Source of the DNA: Felis catus
Lineage: Eukaryota
Length of the DNA stretch: 64,000 bases
Direction of reading: 5' to 3'
Assembly (NCBI RefSeq): GCF_018350175.1
Contig: NC_058373.1
Coordinates: forward strand, 118,112,001 to 118,176,000
Shown here: positions 24,301 through 36,300 of the stretch, one piece after another
Layout of the letters: each line of letters opens with the position of its first letter
Position numbering within the stretch: position 1 is the first letter of the stretch
Program-made: the position numbers and the translations under genes
The notes under the pieces: generated by a model
Told to the model about the DNA's origin: nothing
Databases searched by the model: none
Seen by the model: only the letters and a program-made list of their open reading frames with translations

Positions 24301-27300
24301 GAAAATAAATCAGGCACCTGGGTGGCTCAGTCAGTTAAGTGTCTGTCAGCTCAGATCATGATCTCACAGAGCCTGTTTCAGATTCTGTGTCTCCCTCTCT
24401 GCCCCCCCTCCACTCACCCTGTCTGTCTGTCTGTCTTTCTCTCTCTCTCCCCCCAACCCCCCCCCCGTGTCTCAAAAATGAATAAATGTTAAAAAACATT
24501 TTTAAAAAGTCTTTATTAGACTACTGCTGTAAGAATAAACCTCTATCTCCATCTAGTATTTGGTTAGAGGTATAATTGATGTAAGGAAAATAGGGTGAAT
24601 GCTTTGGTTCCTTGATTTTTTTTTCAAAACGATGAGTTTGTGTCCTCAACATTCTTTAGCAGTGACTTTTTTAATTTATTTTTTTATTATATTTTATTAA
24701 AAAATTTTTTTTAACCTTTATTTATTTTTGAGAGAGAGAGAGTGAGAGAGCATGAGTTGGGGAGGGGAGAGAGAGAGGGAGACATGGAATGTGAAGCAGG
24801 CTCCAGGCTCTAAGCTGTCAGCATAGAGCCCGATGCGGGGCTCGCACTCATGGACCATGAGATCATGACCTGAGCCGAAGTCCAACGCTTAACAGACTGA
24901 GACACCCAGGCACCCCAGCAGTGACTTTTTTTTAAAGAACCATTGTGAACTTAAGGATTGAAGCCTATTCGGTTTGTTGTTATACTTAATAAGAATTTAT
25001 TGTCGTTATTGCTAGTGAAGCTTAAATTGTCTTAAGACGCCTCTGCAAGTTAGATTTCCACTGGTTTTGTCACCAGCCTGTTTTTAATAGTTACCTTGTT
25101 ATTTGGAATCTGGAATCTAAGCTTATCTAGTAGTTCTTCTGTCCTCGACTTAGGGTCAGCCATTTCTTTAAGGAACTCTGGGTTTTTTTAGTGGTAAATT
25201 GCTTTAAAAATCACAAGCTGGCAATTAGGTATATTCATCACAAGACTTGTTTATTAGTCTTTGCTTTTACATTTTTCCAATGCACGTTAATTCACATTCA
25301 GGACTAAACGGTTTTTATTTAAGCTTTTCTGTTATATCTGTATTCCCATACTGAGAATCTAGTTTCAAGGACATTGGGATGATAATTACTGGCTTGGTTC
25401 ATCTCATATTTCATATACAACAATGTAAGACTAATAACATCTACACTCATCAGCAATATGGTGATAGAAGTTTTCTGTTGACAGGTCTTTGTCTTTATGA
25501 TATATCACACTAAAAAATCTAGAGTCAAATTTACTGCTTTAAAGGCGCTCAGAAGATGGGTGCCTGGATGGCTCAGTTGGTTAAGTGTCCAACTTTGGCT
25601 TAGGTCATGATCTCGCGGTTTGTGAGTTTGAACCCTGCATTGGGCTCTGTGCTGACAGTTCAGAGCCTGGAGCCTGCTTCGGATTCTCTGTCTCCCTCTG
25701 TCTCTACCCCTCCCATACTCACTCTGTCTCTCTCTCAAAAATAAATAAACGTTAAAAGAAAAAATTTAGGGTCACCTGGGTGGCTCAGTCAGTAATTGTC
25801 TGACTTCAGCTCAGGTCATGATCTCACAGTTCGTGAGTTTGAGCCCCGCATCAGCCTCTGTGCTGTCAGCTCAGAGCCTGGAGCCTGCTTCGGATTCTGT
25901 GTCTCCCTCTCTCTCTGCTCCTCCCTTGCTCACACTCTGTCTCTCTCTCAAAAATAAACATTTAAAAAAAATGTTTATTTTTTTAGGGGCGCCTGGGTGG
26001 CACAGTCGGTTGAGCGTCCGACTTCAGCCAGGTCACGATCTCGCGGTCTGTGAGTTCGAGCCCCGGGTCAGGCTCTGGGCTGATGGCTCGGAGCCTGGAG
26101 CCTGTTTCCGATTCTGTGTCTCCCTCTCTCTCTGCCCCTCCCCCGTTCATGCTCTGTCTCTCTCTGTCCCAAAAATAAATAAAAAATGTTGAAAAAAAAA
26201 TTTAAAAAAAAAGAAAAAAAAAATTAAAATCACTCAAAATAGTTCCTTTCTGTGTGGTTATTTCCTTAACTGTATACGTATTTGGATTCGTTTGTTTTTT
26301 TACTTTAAATTTTTAGATTACTCTTTTAAAATTTATGTTTTAATATCTCTGGCTTAAAGTCATGGTAATAATGCTTAGAGTAGTTACTAAAATGAAACAG
26401 ACACAGAAAAATTAGACTCATAACTAGGATAAAAGTTCAGTACTTTTGTAGTTTAACGACTCAGAGTTGAAAAGAGCTTTAACAGGTTCAAGCAGCCTGA
26501 TGTCATATAATTGTCGCTAACGGTTAGGAAGTCTGGGTGGAATGAATTCAGGAAATAATTAAAAGACTCCATTATGAAATTTGCTGGTTCTGCTAAATAT
26601 TTTATCAGCACTTCTAATAAGTAACAATTTCCCTGATTAGAATTTTTCTTTCCTGATTTTCTTTTTTTCTTTCGGTTTGAGGGTGTTAAAAAAAATCAAA
26701 GGTAATTGAAGGAAAGAGAGGAGTGACAATGTGAAAAATCTTGGTATTAAAAACATTTGGTCTCTAATTATTTTAATTTTCCATAAATACTGTGTTTTCA
26801 TAACTATTGATATTTGATGAATTCTTTACACCCATTTTTAGCCTTTGGCTTCTGTGAGTATAAGGAACCTGAATCTACCCTCCGTGCGCTCAGGTTACTG
26901 CATGACCTGCAGATTGGAGAGAAGAAACTACTTGTTAAAGTTGATGCAAAGACAAAGGCACAACTGGATGAATGGAAAGCAAAAAAGAAAGCTTCTAATG
27001 GGGTATGTTTTTTATAGTGCTGTCTTTTTAGGCTTACTGTGCTCTTTCAGTGTAAGTATTTCTTATAAGGGAATCTAATATGGGGCTTCACAAGATCATC
27101 CTCATCATAATATGTACTTGTGGCTAAAAGCAGGAGGGTATTTTTGCAGTTTATCGAAGTCTTTTATCTACCCATAGGGGGTGGATGATGGTTGGTTTGC
27201 TTGTTCCAGGTTAGGATAAAGGTAGTGAGGGAGGCTGGACAAGGTTAAGTTGCCAGAGAAAACACTGGTACAGACTGTTCCTAACAGCTAATTCATTAAG

Positions 27301-30300
27301 GTAGCTTTGTAAGTAAGTACAACAAAATATAGTTCAGCTTACACAATTTTAATTAGTTGCCCTCTCTTTTAGAAGTACACAGGTTCTGGGGCACCTGTGT
27401 GGCTCAGTCAGTTGGGCATCTAACTCTTGACTTTGGCTCAGGTCATGATTTCACAGTTCATGAGTTGGAGCCCCATGTCAGGCTCTGTGCTGTCAGCACA
27501 GATTCCGTCTCCCTCTCTCTGTCCCTCCCCTGCTTGCTCTTTATTTCTCTTTCAGAATAAATAAAAATAAACTAAAAGAAAAAAAGAATCACACAGGTTC
27601 TGGGTGCCTGGGTTGCTCAGTTGGTTGAGTGTCTGACTCTTGATTTTGGCTTAGGTCATGATCTCAGAGTCTTGGGATTTAACCCCGCTTTGGGCTCTCC
27701 ATGTTGGGCGTGGAGCATGCTTGGGATTTTGTCTCTCCTTCTTCCTCTGTCGTCGCCCATATGAGTGTGTGCTCTCTCTCGCTCTCAAAAAAAAAAAAAA
27801 AAAAAACCACAAGCTCTAAAATAAGTGAAAATAAATCTTACTACTTTCCTCAGTTGGGTCCCATATTAAGTGAAGTTAAAGTAAAGGAAATTTTCATGTG
27901 TTGTAATGTATTCGTCATTACTCCCTTTCAGCAAAACAAAAAATAGCTAAAACCTGAGTGTATTTCCTATTTCCTTTTGGCATCTCAAACTTGAATGGAT
28001 TTAAAATGGATTTATTGTTACCTTCTTTCTTCTACAAAAACAAAAATGCCTTTTTGCTCTTACGCTTTCATTGTCATTCAAAATAGAAATAGCTTTCTTG
28101 GTATTACTCTTCCCTCCTTTACAAAAACAGTGTATATTCTTTGTCAAGCAAACAAAACCTCAGAAAATGTTATTAAGAAAATCGTGGGGGGAGCCTGGGT
28201 GGCTGTTGGTTAAGCTTCTGGCATTGGTTCAGGTCATGATCTCACGATTTGTAGATTCAAGCCCTGTATCATGCTCTGTGCTGAGAGCCTGGATCCTGCT
28301 TTGGAGTCTGTGTCTCCCTCTCTCTGCCCCTCCCTTGCTCACGCTCTCTCAGCAATAAATAAACACTAAGAAAAAATAAATAAAATCTTGGGGCACGTGG
28401 GTAGCTCAGTCAATTAAGCATCGACTTTGGCTCAGGTCATGATCTTGCGGTTCGTGAGTTTGAGCCCCACATTAGTCTGTCTTGTCATTGTGGAACCTTT
28501 TTTGGATTCTCTGCCCCTCCCCCCACTCATGCATGCTTTTTCTCTCTCTCTCTCTCTTAAAAAAAGCATTAACAAAAACCTTTATAAAGCAAACTGTTAT
28601 TTTAAGTACATGCCGTCATTTATTGAAAATTTTTTTTTTACAGTTTAATCAGCATTTATTGTGAGTTCTGCCTAGACACATCTATTTACTTTTTACTTTT
28701 TAATTTATTTAAGTTCAAGTTAGTTAATATACAGTGTAGTATTGGTTTCAGAAGTAGAACTTGGTGATCCATCACTTTCATATAACACCCAGTGTAAAGC
28801 AAACTATTTCAAGAAGAAATTCAGTAGCACCCATAATCCTATCACCATTGGGAGCCCCTGTATATGTTTTTGTTGCATATTCTTCCAGACTTTTTTCTCT
28901 GTATGGATGAATATAGTTTTAATTGGAATATGTGAATTTGTTTTTCTTTCATAAATAGAGATTGATTCTCTGTATTCTGTAAATAGACTTTTACTTCTGT
29001 CTTTTCTTGGACTTTTAGTAAATTTCAACTGATTTCTCTGGATTTCATTCCTCTCATCTGATTATTCTAGCACCGCCTATATTTCTAAAACATAAGTATG
29101 TCAACTGTGTGCTCGTACATCCTTAATGGTTTTGAATTTCTCATAGTATAAAGCCTGTCTTCTTAGTATGGCATTCAAGGCTCGTTCAGTCTACCTTTCT
29201 AGCTTCTCTCATCAGTCCTTCTCATGTCAATCATATATCTCCACAAACTTCCTTTGTGCTTTTCTGACATCTCGTGTCCTTGTTGTCCATCCAAGCTCCC
29301 TGTTGCAGTTCTATCCAGATCTAATTACAATGTTACTTGATTCATACAGTCCTTGTCAGTCCTATCCTGGATTTCTCTCAGGCAGAATTAATTCCTCTCT
29401 TCCCATCTATGTTTCCAGGTTTTTACTGGTGTTAGGACAGTCTGCTTTGTAACATATATTGTTGGTATCTGTCTCTCATCCCCCTTGTGCCCTGTTTGAT
29501 TTCCATGTCTCTGATTACAAACAGGAAGGACAATAAGCTCACAGACTGTGTCTCTTCCTCTTGTACCTCTGCAGAACCTAGGACAGTATGTTGCCCATAG
29601 CAAGAATGGGATGCTCATTTATTGAGTGGCAGTTGCAGTTATATTGCTCACCTGGTAATCTTACTGTCTTTACCTAGTTTTGTAAAGAAATAATAAAATG
29701 CAGCTTCTCTGGAGTAGAAGCTGTATTTCACAGCAACAGTGTTTCCTGTCACATCAAAAAACCAACTCTCTGGGGAACCTGGGGGCTCAGTCGGTTAAGC
29801 ACCTGTCTCTTGATTTTGGCTCAGGTCACGACCTCACAGTTAGAGTTTGAGCCCCACTGTCAGCATGGAGCCTGCTTGGGATTCTTTCCCCCACCCCCTC
29901 TGCCACTCCCCCGTGGGCGCCCTGTGTTCTCGCTGTCTCTCTCCCAAAAAAACCCACAACTCTAAAATAAGACTTTTTAGATTTTCCTTGCAGTGATAAC
30001 TGAATTCTTAGTTAAAATAAAGCATGGATTTAATGTCTTCACAGTTTTTATATAATTCCCTGGGTGTCTTTCTTTTTTTCCCTGTGTTTAATCATTAGCT
30101 GGTGAGGTGGTTTAATTTGTAGCATTTGCAGATCATGTACTCTGTACATGAAGCAAATCACTTTTTTTGTATAAGGAAATGCACAGTTGTGACTTTGATT
30201 TAATTTCTAATCACTATTAGTGAGAGGAACCATAATTTAAATCTGTTTGTATCTTTAAGAATAGAATTGTAGCCACCTCCAATAAAAACAGAACAATTAT

Positions 30301-33300
30301 TTCAGGTAAGATGAAATTTAAAACATTCACAGACCTGCCGTCTGGGTGGATTTGGCATAGTGCCCAGAGATACTTGAAGTCACAAGACAGGGCATAGTTT
30401 CCTAGAATGGCAACTTACTCAACAGTATTGGTGAAAAGAAAAAGCAATGCTGATCAGATAATTTTTGATCTTCTCAGATATTTTTATCAGATCATTTTTT
30501 TCAAATAACTTTTAAGTAAATGTAACTATTATGGAGTAGATTACAGATTTGTCATGATTTTTCAAGATAAAATATGAGAAGGTATTTGTTGTTCTTTCTT
30601 CTTTATTGTTGATTGTTGTGGAGAAGTGTAGAAAACTGACCTAAGATGGATGATAACAAGAATGAGACATGGAGTGGGTGCCTGGATGGCTCAGTTTTTA
30701 AGGATGGCTCAGGTCATGATCTCACTGTTCTGAGTTCGAGTCCTGCATCCAGTGAAGCTTGAGCCCCACTTTGGGCGAGGTCGTGCCCCGCTTGGGGTGA
30801 GCATGAGCCCCACTTCGGGTTAGCCCTGCTTCTCTCCCCGTCTCCCTTTTTCTCTCTCTGCCCTTCCTGGGATTCTCTCTCTGTCTTTCTCTGCCCTTTA
30901 CTCACTTGTGCTGTCTCTCAAAAAAAAAAAAAAAAAAATGAGACATTAAGGAACTCATATGATAATGTATTCAGGCATTTTCCTGATTCCCAAGCAGAAG
31001 ACAAAGCACAATTATTTGTATAGTTCTTACTGGGTAAAAAAGAAAAGAAACACAAGTTTGTCTAGAAAGAGAGATTTTTCTTGACCCAGAATTTTAGTAT
31101 ATGTGCTGCAGAAGTAAGCACTTTCACCCAGAATTTCAAGAGGAATTATGTGTCTTGTCTAACAGCTTGATTGAAAGTTTTCATATAGATTTTGCAGAAT
31201 TTGTAGGAGCAATCTTTGGCCATCAGTAAAAGTATTCCTTTTGGGGTAGCCATACTGATGTAGTTCATGCCCTGTTGCTTTCTGGCTGTTCAGGAGTAGC
31301 AATTAGGAGTAGAGAGATCTGCTTGATCATCACAAGTAGTGGTTGTTAACCACACATTCAAGAATGACTTCTGGAGGTGCCTGGGTGGCTCATTTGGTTA
31401 AGTGTCTGACATTAACTTAGGTCGTGATCTCATGGTTCGTGGGTTCAAGCTGTGCACTGGGCTCTGTGCTGACATTTCGGAGCCTGATTGGGATTCTCTC
31501 TACCCCTTTCTCTCTTGCCCTCCCCCACTTGCTCTCTCTCTCTCTCAAAATAAATAAACTAAAAAAAAAAAAAAAAAAAAAATGACTTCTGACCAGTGTT
31601 GGAAGTATAGATAATCTCTGGACAGAGCCTCTTGGCATTGCATTTTAATTGAGGATGCATGCTGCAGATAGGGACATCTTTAATTTTTACATCTTTGCTG
31701 GAGATTAGTCTGGTTGAATCTACATTTTCTCAAAAGAAAGTGCTCTGCTTTTACTTAAGTTCCCAAAGAAGTTCTTGTTTTGGACCCTAGAGTCAAAACC
31801 AAGTCAGTGCCAAAGAGTGAGCCTGGAAGAGGTGTTTTTCAGCCTTACCACCAGTAGCTTTACTATTGAAGCTTTTAATTCCTCTGAAAAGAGCTAAATA
31901 GGTGGGCCACATAAACCTCGCAGATATTCAGTTGGTTTCTGTGGTCCTCTTGTACTGCTAACCCCCTCATCTTTTGCTGCTCAGTGTTACTGAACGTGCT
32001 TTCTGTTTCTGAAGTGAAGAAAAAACTGGAAATCAGAAAATTGTGTATGGTTGAAGACCCAGAAGTAGACCTTAAGTTGAAACCAAAAAGAACTTTTCCT
32101 TCCATGATATGTCTGGTTATTTTTGGTTTTCTTACATTAACAATTGGTGAAGAGATTTGGGCTAATAAGCTTTCCTTCTAAAAATACACATTTTTAAAAA
32201 AAATTTTAACTTTAGGGGCGTCTGGGTGGCTCAGTCGGTTGAGCATCCCGATTTTGGCTCAGGTCATGATCTCACAGTTGTGAGTTTGAGCCCCACGTCG
32301 GGCTCTGTGCTGACAGCTTGGAGCCTAAGCCTGCTTTGAATTCTGTATCTCCCTCTCTCTCTGCTCCTCCCCCGCTTATGCTCTGTATCTGTCTCTCTCT
32401 GTCAAAAATAAATATTAAAAAAAATTTTTTTTTAATTTTAACTTTATTTGAGATAGAATGAGTGAGCGAGCATGCGAACAAGTGGGGGAAGGGGCAGAGA
32501 AGGAGGGAGATAAGAGAATCCCGAGTAGGCTCTGCACCATCAGCATGGAGCCTGATGTGGGGTTTGAACCCATGAACTGTGAGATCATGACCTGATCTGA
32601 AACCAAGACACAGGTACTTAACTGACTGAACCACCCAGGTGCCCCTAAAAATGTACATTTTCTCTGTAGATCAGAGGACGGTAGTCATTCAGAAGGTGTG
32701 AATTCATTTCAAATGCTTTACTCCTAACTTAGGTAAGACCAGCTATACTAATATTTAAATTTGATTTGGGATGGTGGTGGGAGGGACCTCAGGGGCTTCT
32801 GAGTATTTTTAAATGACCAGGCCTTCAGATTTATAACCCTACTTCTAGTCTTATGCTTAGGAAAGCATGGAGATGTAGAGGGTTCGTGGAAAGGAGTTTA
32901 GAATGTAGGGGAAATGCTAAAGACAGACTTGATGGTCTCTCAGAAAGTGTGTTTTCTTTCTTTCTTTTTTTTTTTTTTTTAAGTTTATTTTGAGAGAGAG
33001 AGAGAGAAAAAGGGCAGGGTGCACACATGTGGGAGAGGGGTAAAGGGAGAGGGGCTCAAATCTGTACTGTCAGCGTGGAGCCTGATGTAGGGCTCAAACC
33101 CAAGAACTGTGAGATCATGACCTGAGCTGAAGTCAGAACTTAACCAAATGAGCCACCCAGGCACCCCAAAGGTATTTTCATAATACAGAATTTAGGTCTC
33201 AGCAGTTGAGGATTTGGGTTGAAATGGTTCATGTGTGTCTCCGGACCTACAGTTTCAGTGGCAACTTACTGGCAGGTTAATTATTTAATTTAAAACCTGT

Positions 33301-36300
33301 GGAGAGGGCACCTGGTGGCTCTGTGCTGACAGTGTAGAGCCTACTTGGGATTCTCTCTCTATGCCCCTCCTCCGCTCATGCTGTCTCTCTCAAAATAAAT
33401 AAATAAACTTAAATAAATTATTAAAAAAGAAAAAAGACCTGTGAAGAAGCAGAAGCATTACTGAAGGGATTTTAGTGAATGCTGCACAGAGACCTTATTG
33501 CCATATATTATCGATTTAAAGTAAAAACACATCACCACAGTTATAGATTACAGTGTTTTTGGTAAATAAATTTTAAGTTTAATTACTGTTCTTGCATAAA
33601 ACTTCTTTATCCAAGATAACCAAGTAAAAAGTTGGCGCAAGATTGGATCAAGAGGCAGGTTTGGGAAAGTGAGGAACTTCGAGTGGTTAGTTTTATACCA
33701 CACTTTATAACTTAACTTGAAGTTACCTGTATCGTAACTTCTTATCCTATTTACTAAATACTTAAGGGCAAGGTCATTTCTTTTCCCCATGTTGAATTTT
33801 TTGCCATCTAGCCTAGTACCTACCTTGCAGATAGTAGTCTCTTAATTTGTTGAGCCAGGGGGCGCTTGGCTGGTTCAGTTGGTAGAGCATGCAACTCTTG
33901 ACCTCGGGGTTTGAATTCGAGCCCCGTTTTGCATGTAGAGATTACTTAAAAAATTTTTTTCCTAATGAAAAAAAAAATTTGTTGAGAAAATTAAGAAATA
34001 GATGCCTGTTGGGTGCCTGGGTGACTCAGTCAGTAAGTGTCCTGACTCTTGATCTCAGCTCAGGTCTTCTTGATCTCAGGGTTGTGAGCTGGTAAAAAAA
34101 AAAAAAAAAAAAAAAATTTGCCTGTTGAAGAAGTATCCATTGAAGGTTGCTTTCAGAATTATGAAATCTGACATCACTAAGTTATATTAAGGAGCCACAA
34201 GATGTGAAACTTACCTTGAATAGTTGTATGCATTGTGACAAGAGCCAGCATTTATGCAGAAGAGCATTCTTATTTGAATCTGAAAACACATAACAACATG
34301 TTTACCAAGTAAATAGATAATTACTTTGAGGCATGTGTGTGTACGGTTTTAAATTACAAAAGTTTTTGTATACATCTTTATGTTTTTGCTTGTCATACTT
34401 TTCTGTTTTTCCTAGTTTTAAGAAAAGACTGAGAGTAACGAAATTACCCCAAATTTTGAGGTCATTCTCTAAGTTTTGTAGTTTGGGAACACCTGGCTTG
34501 CTCAGTTGGAAGAGCAAGTGACTTTTGATCTCGAGGTCGTGAGTTTGAGCCCCATGTTGGGTGTAGAGATTACTAAAAAACAAACAAACAAAAAAACTTA
34601 AATATATATGATTAAATTTTGTAGTTTGAATTGAATTAATTCCTTTACCAGGTGCCTTTTAAAATAGAACTAAGATAAAAACAAAAAGAATTATAGTACG
34701 TTAGAAGTCAGTAATTTTTTTTTTTTTTTCACATCAACACAATTAGTCTAGTTTTCTTTTAAAATATAATAAAGTCCTAGGGGCACGTGGGTGGCTCAGT
34801 TGGTTAAGTGTCCGACTTTGGCTCAGGTCATGATCTCACAGTTCGTGGGTTCAAGCCCTCATGTTAGGCTCTGTGCTGACAGCCCAGAGCCTGGAGCCTT
34901 CTTCAGATTCTGTGTCCGCCACCCCCCCAACCCCCCCAACCCCTTCCTGCCCCTTCCCTGCTTGTGCACACTCTCTCATAAATAAATAAATATTAAAAAG
35001 TAATAAATCCTGCAAATAGTTACTTGCGAGAAGCATTACAACATGAATTTTGTGTTTTTATTTTTTGTAATACTACATGTGCAAGTCATGGGAGAAAGAC
35101 TTATGTAGTATTTAGAGTTGGTTCCTTCTTAGAGTATAAGTACCTGGTTTTTTTTTTAAGTGGTATTTCCACATTATAGAAAGCAGAAGGGGAAAAGAGA
35201 TGCAGTTGTTTCAGCCCCTGGCCTATCTGATGTTTGCGTTTTGTTTTGTCTTTTTTTTTTTTTTTTTTTAATGCTTGCGTTTTGTTGTATATAGCTACCT
35301 AGTGTTTTTCATTTGTTTAACCTGCACATGCTTTTGTTTATTTTATTTTTATTTTTATTTATTTTTTGCTTTTGTTTATTTTAAATGGTGTCTGTAAAGG
35401 TGGCTGTCATAGTGTGCATACAAGTGTATTTTGTTTTTTTCACATAATTAAATTTTCAAGTCTGAATTGGTTAATGTAGTAAATATCATTAGTTTGTGGA
35501 AGTATTTGAGCAAGACAGTCTGAAAACCTGAAAGCTTTGCAGATGTATTTGTGTACTATGTTAGTCCTGTGGTTTAATCTTCCTGTAACTGGTTGGGGGT
35601 CAGAATATTAGCTATTAAAGGAAGAAAGCAAAAGAAAATGATAAAGTATCAGTATCTGAGAAAAATCAGTAAGTCAAATGAAGTTTAGTTTTGTGAAGTT
35701 AAGAACAAAACCAAATCTGCATTTACTCAGACTACAGAGATGCTCTTTTGGAGAAAAACATGTTTGTTTTGTGTACTACCTTGTTTTAGAACGATTTTAA
35801 TTTTCTTGTTTTTTTTTATTTTTTTTCTGCCTTCCTGCCCCTGAATTTGCCTTTTTTTTTTTTTTAAAGAATGCAAGGCCAGAAACTGTCACTAATGATG
35901 ATGAAGAAGCCTTAGATGAAGAGACAAAGAGAAGAGATCAGATGATCAAAGGGGCCATTGAAGTTTTAATTCGAGAATACTCCAGTGAGCTCAATGCCCC
36001 CTCACAGGAATCTGACTCTCACCCCAGGAAGAAGAAGAAGGAAAAGAAGGAGGACGTATGTGTTATTTGATTTCTGACAACAGAGTCATTTCTACGGTTT
36101 ACTTTTTATGGTGTCACTCTTGTGCTTTCATTTTATTTTCACTTTCAAGGGGAAAATAAAATGACTAGCATTTATAACAATATACAGTTAAGCCTAATTT
36201 GACCATGTTTAATCAAGTAACTCATGAATTTTTTTACCAGAATGTTTGTTTTGTGTGTTTGAAATGCACTGGCATGGATGCTTGTATTTATCTGTGGATT

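Larger units (their letters stand above)
16035..26225. mobile_element. Dense CanSINE cluster, more than 20 copies in both orientations, many nested, over older L1M-type remnants (e.g. about 18780-19280)
   Basis: + heads at 16035, 16628, 17294, 17801, 21058, 23828, 24312, 25558, 25768, 25987. Minus copies end near 16515, 17060, 17252, 18565, 19495, 19736, 19839, 20631, 22225, 22457, 22821, 23531, 24259, 24916. Confidence 0.9.

Noticed and set aside
28585..28805. Possible L1 3' transduction bounded by taaagcaaact at 28585 and 28795
   Set aside because: There is no poly-T directly after the left copy, and the intervening sequence resembles an old repeat. An 11-bp match is not enough.
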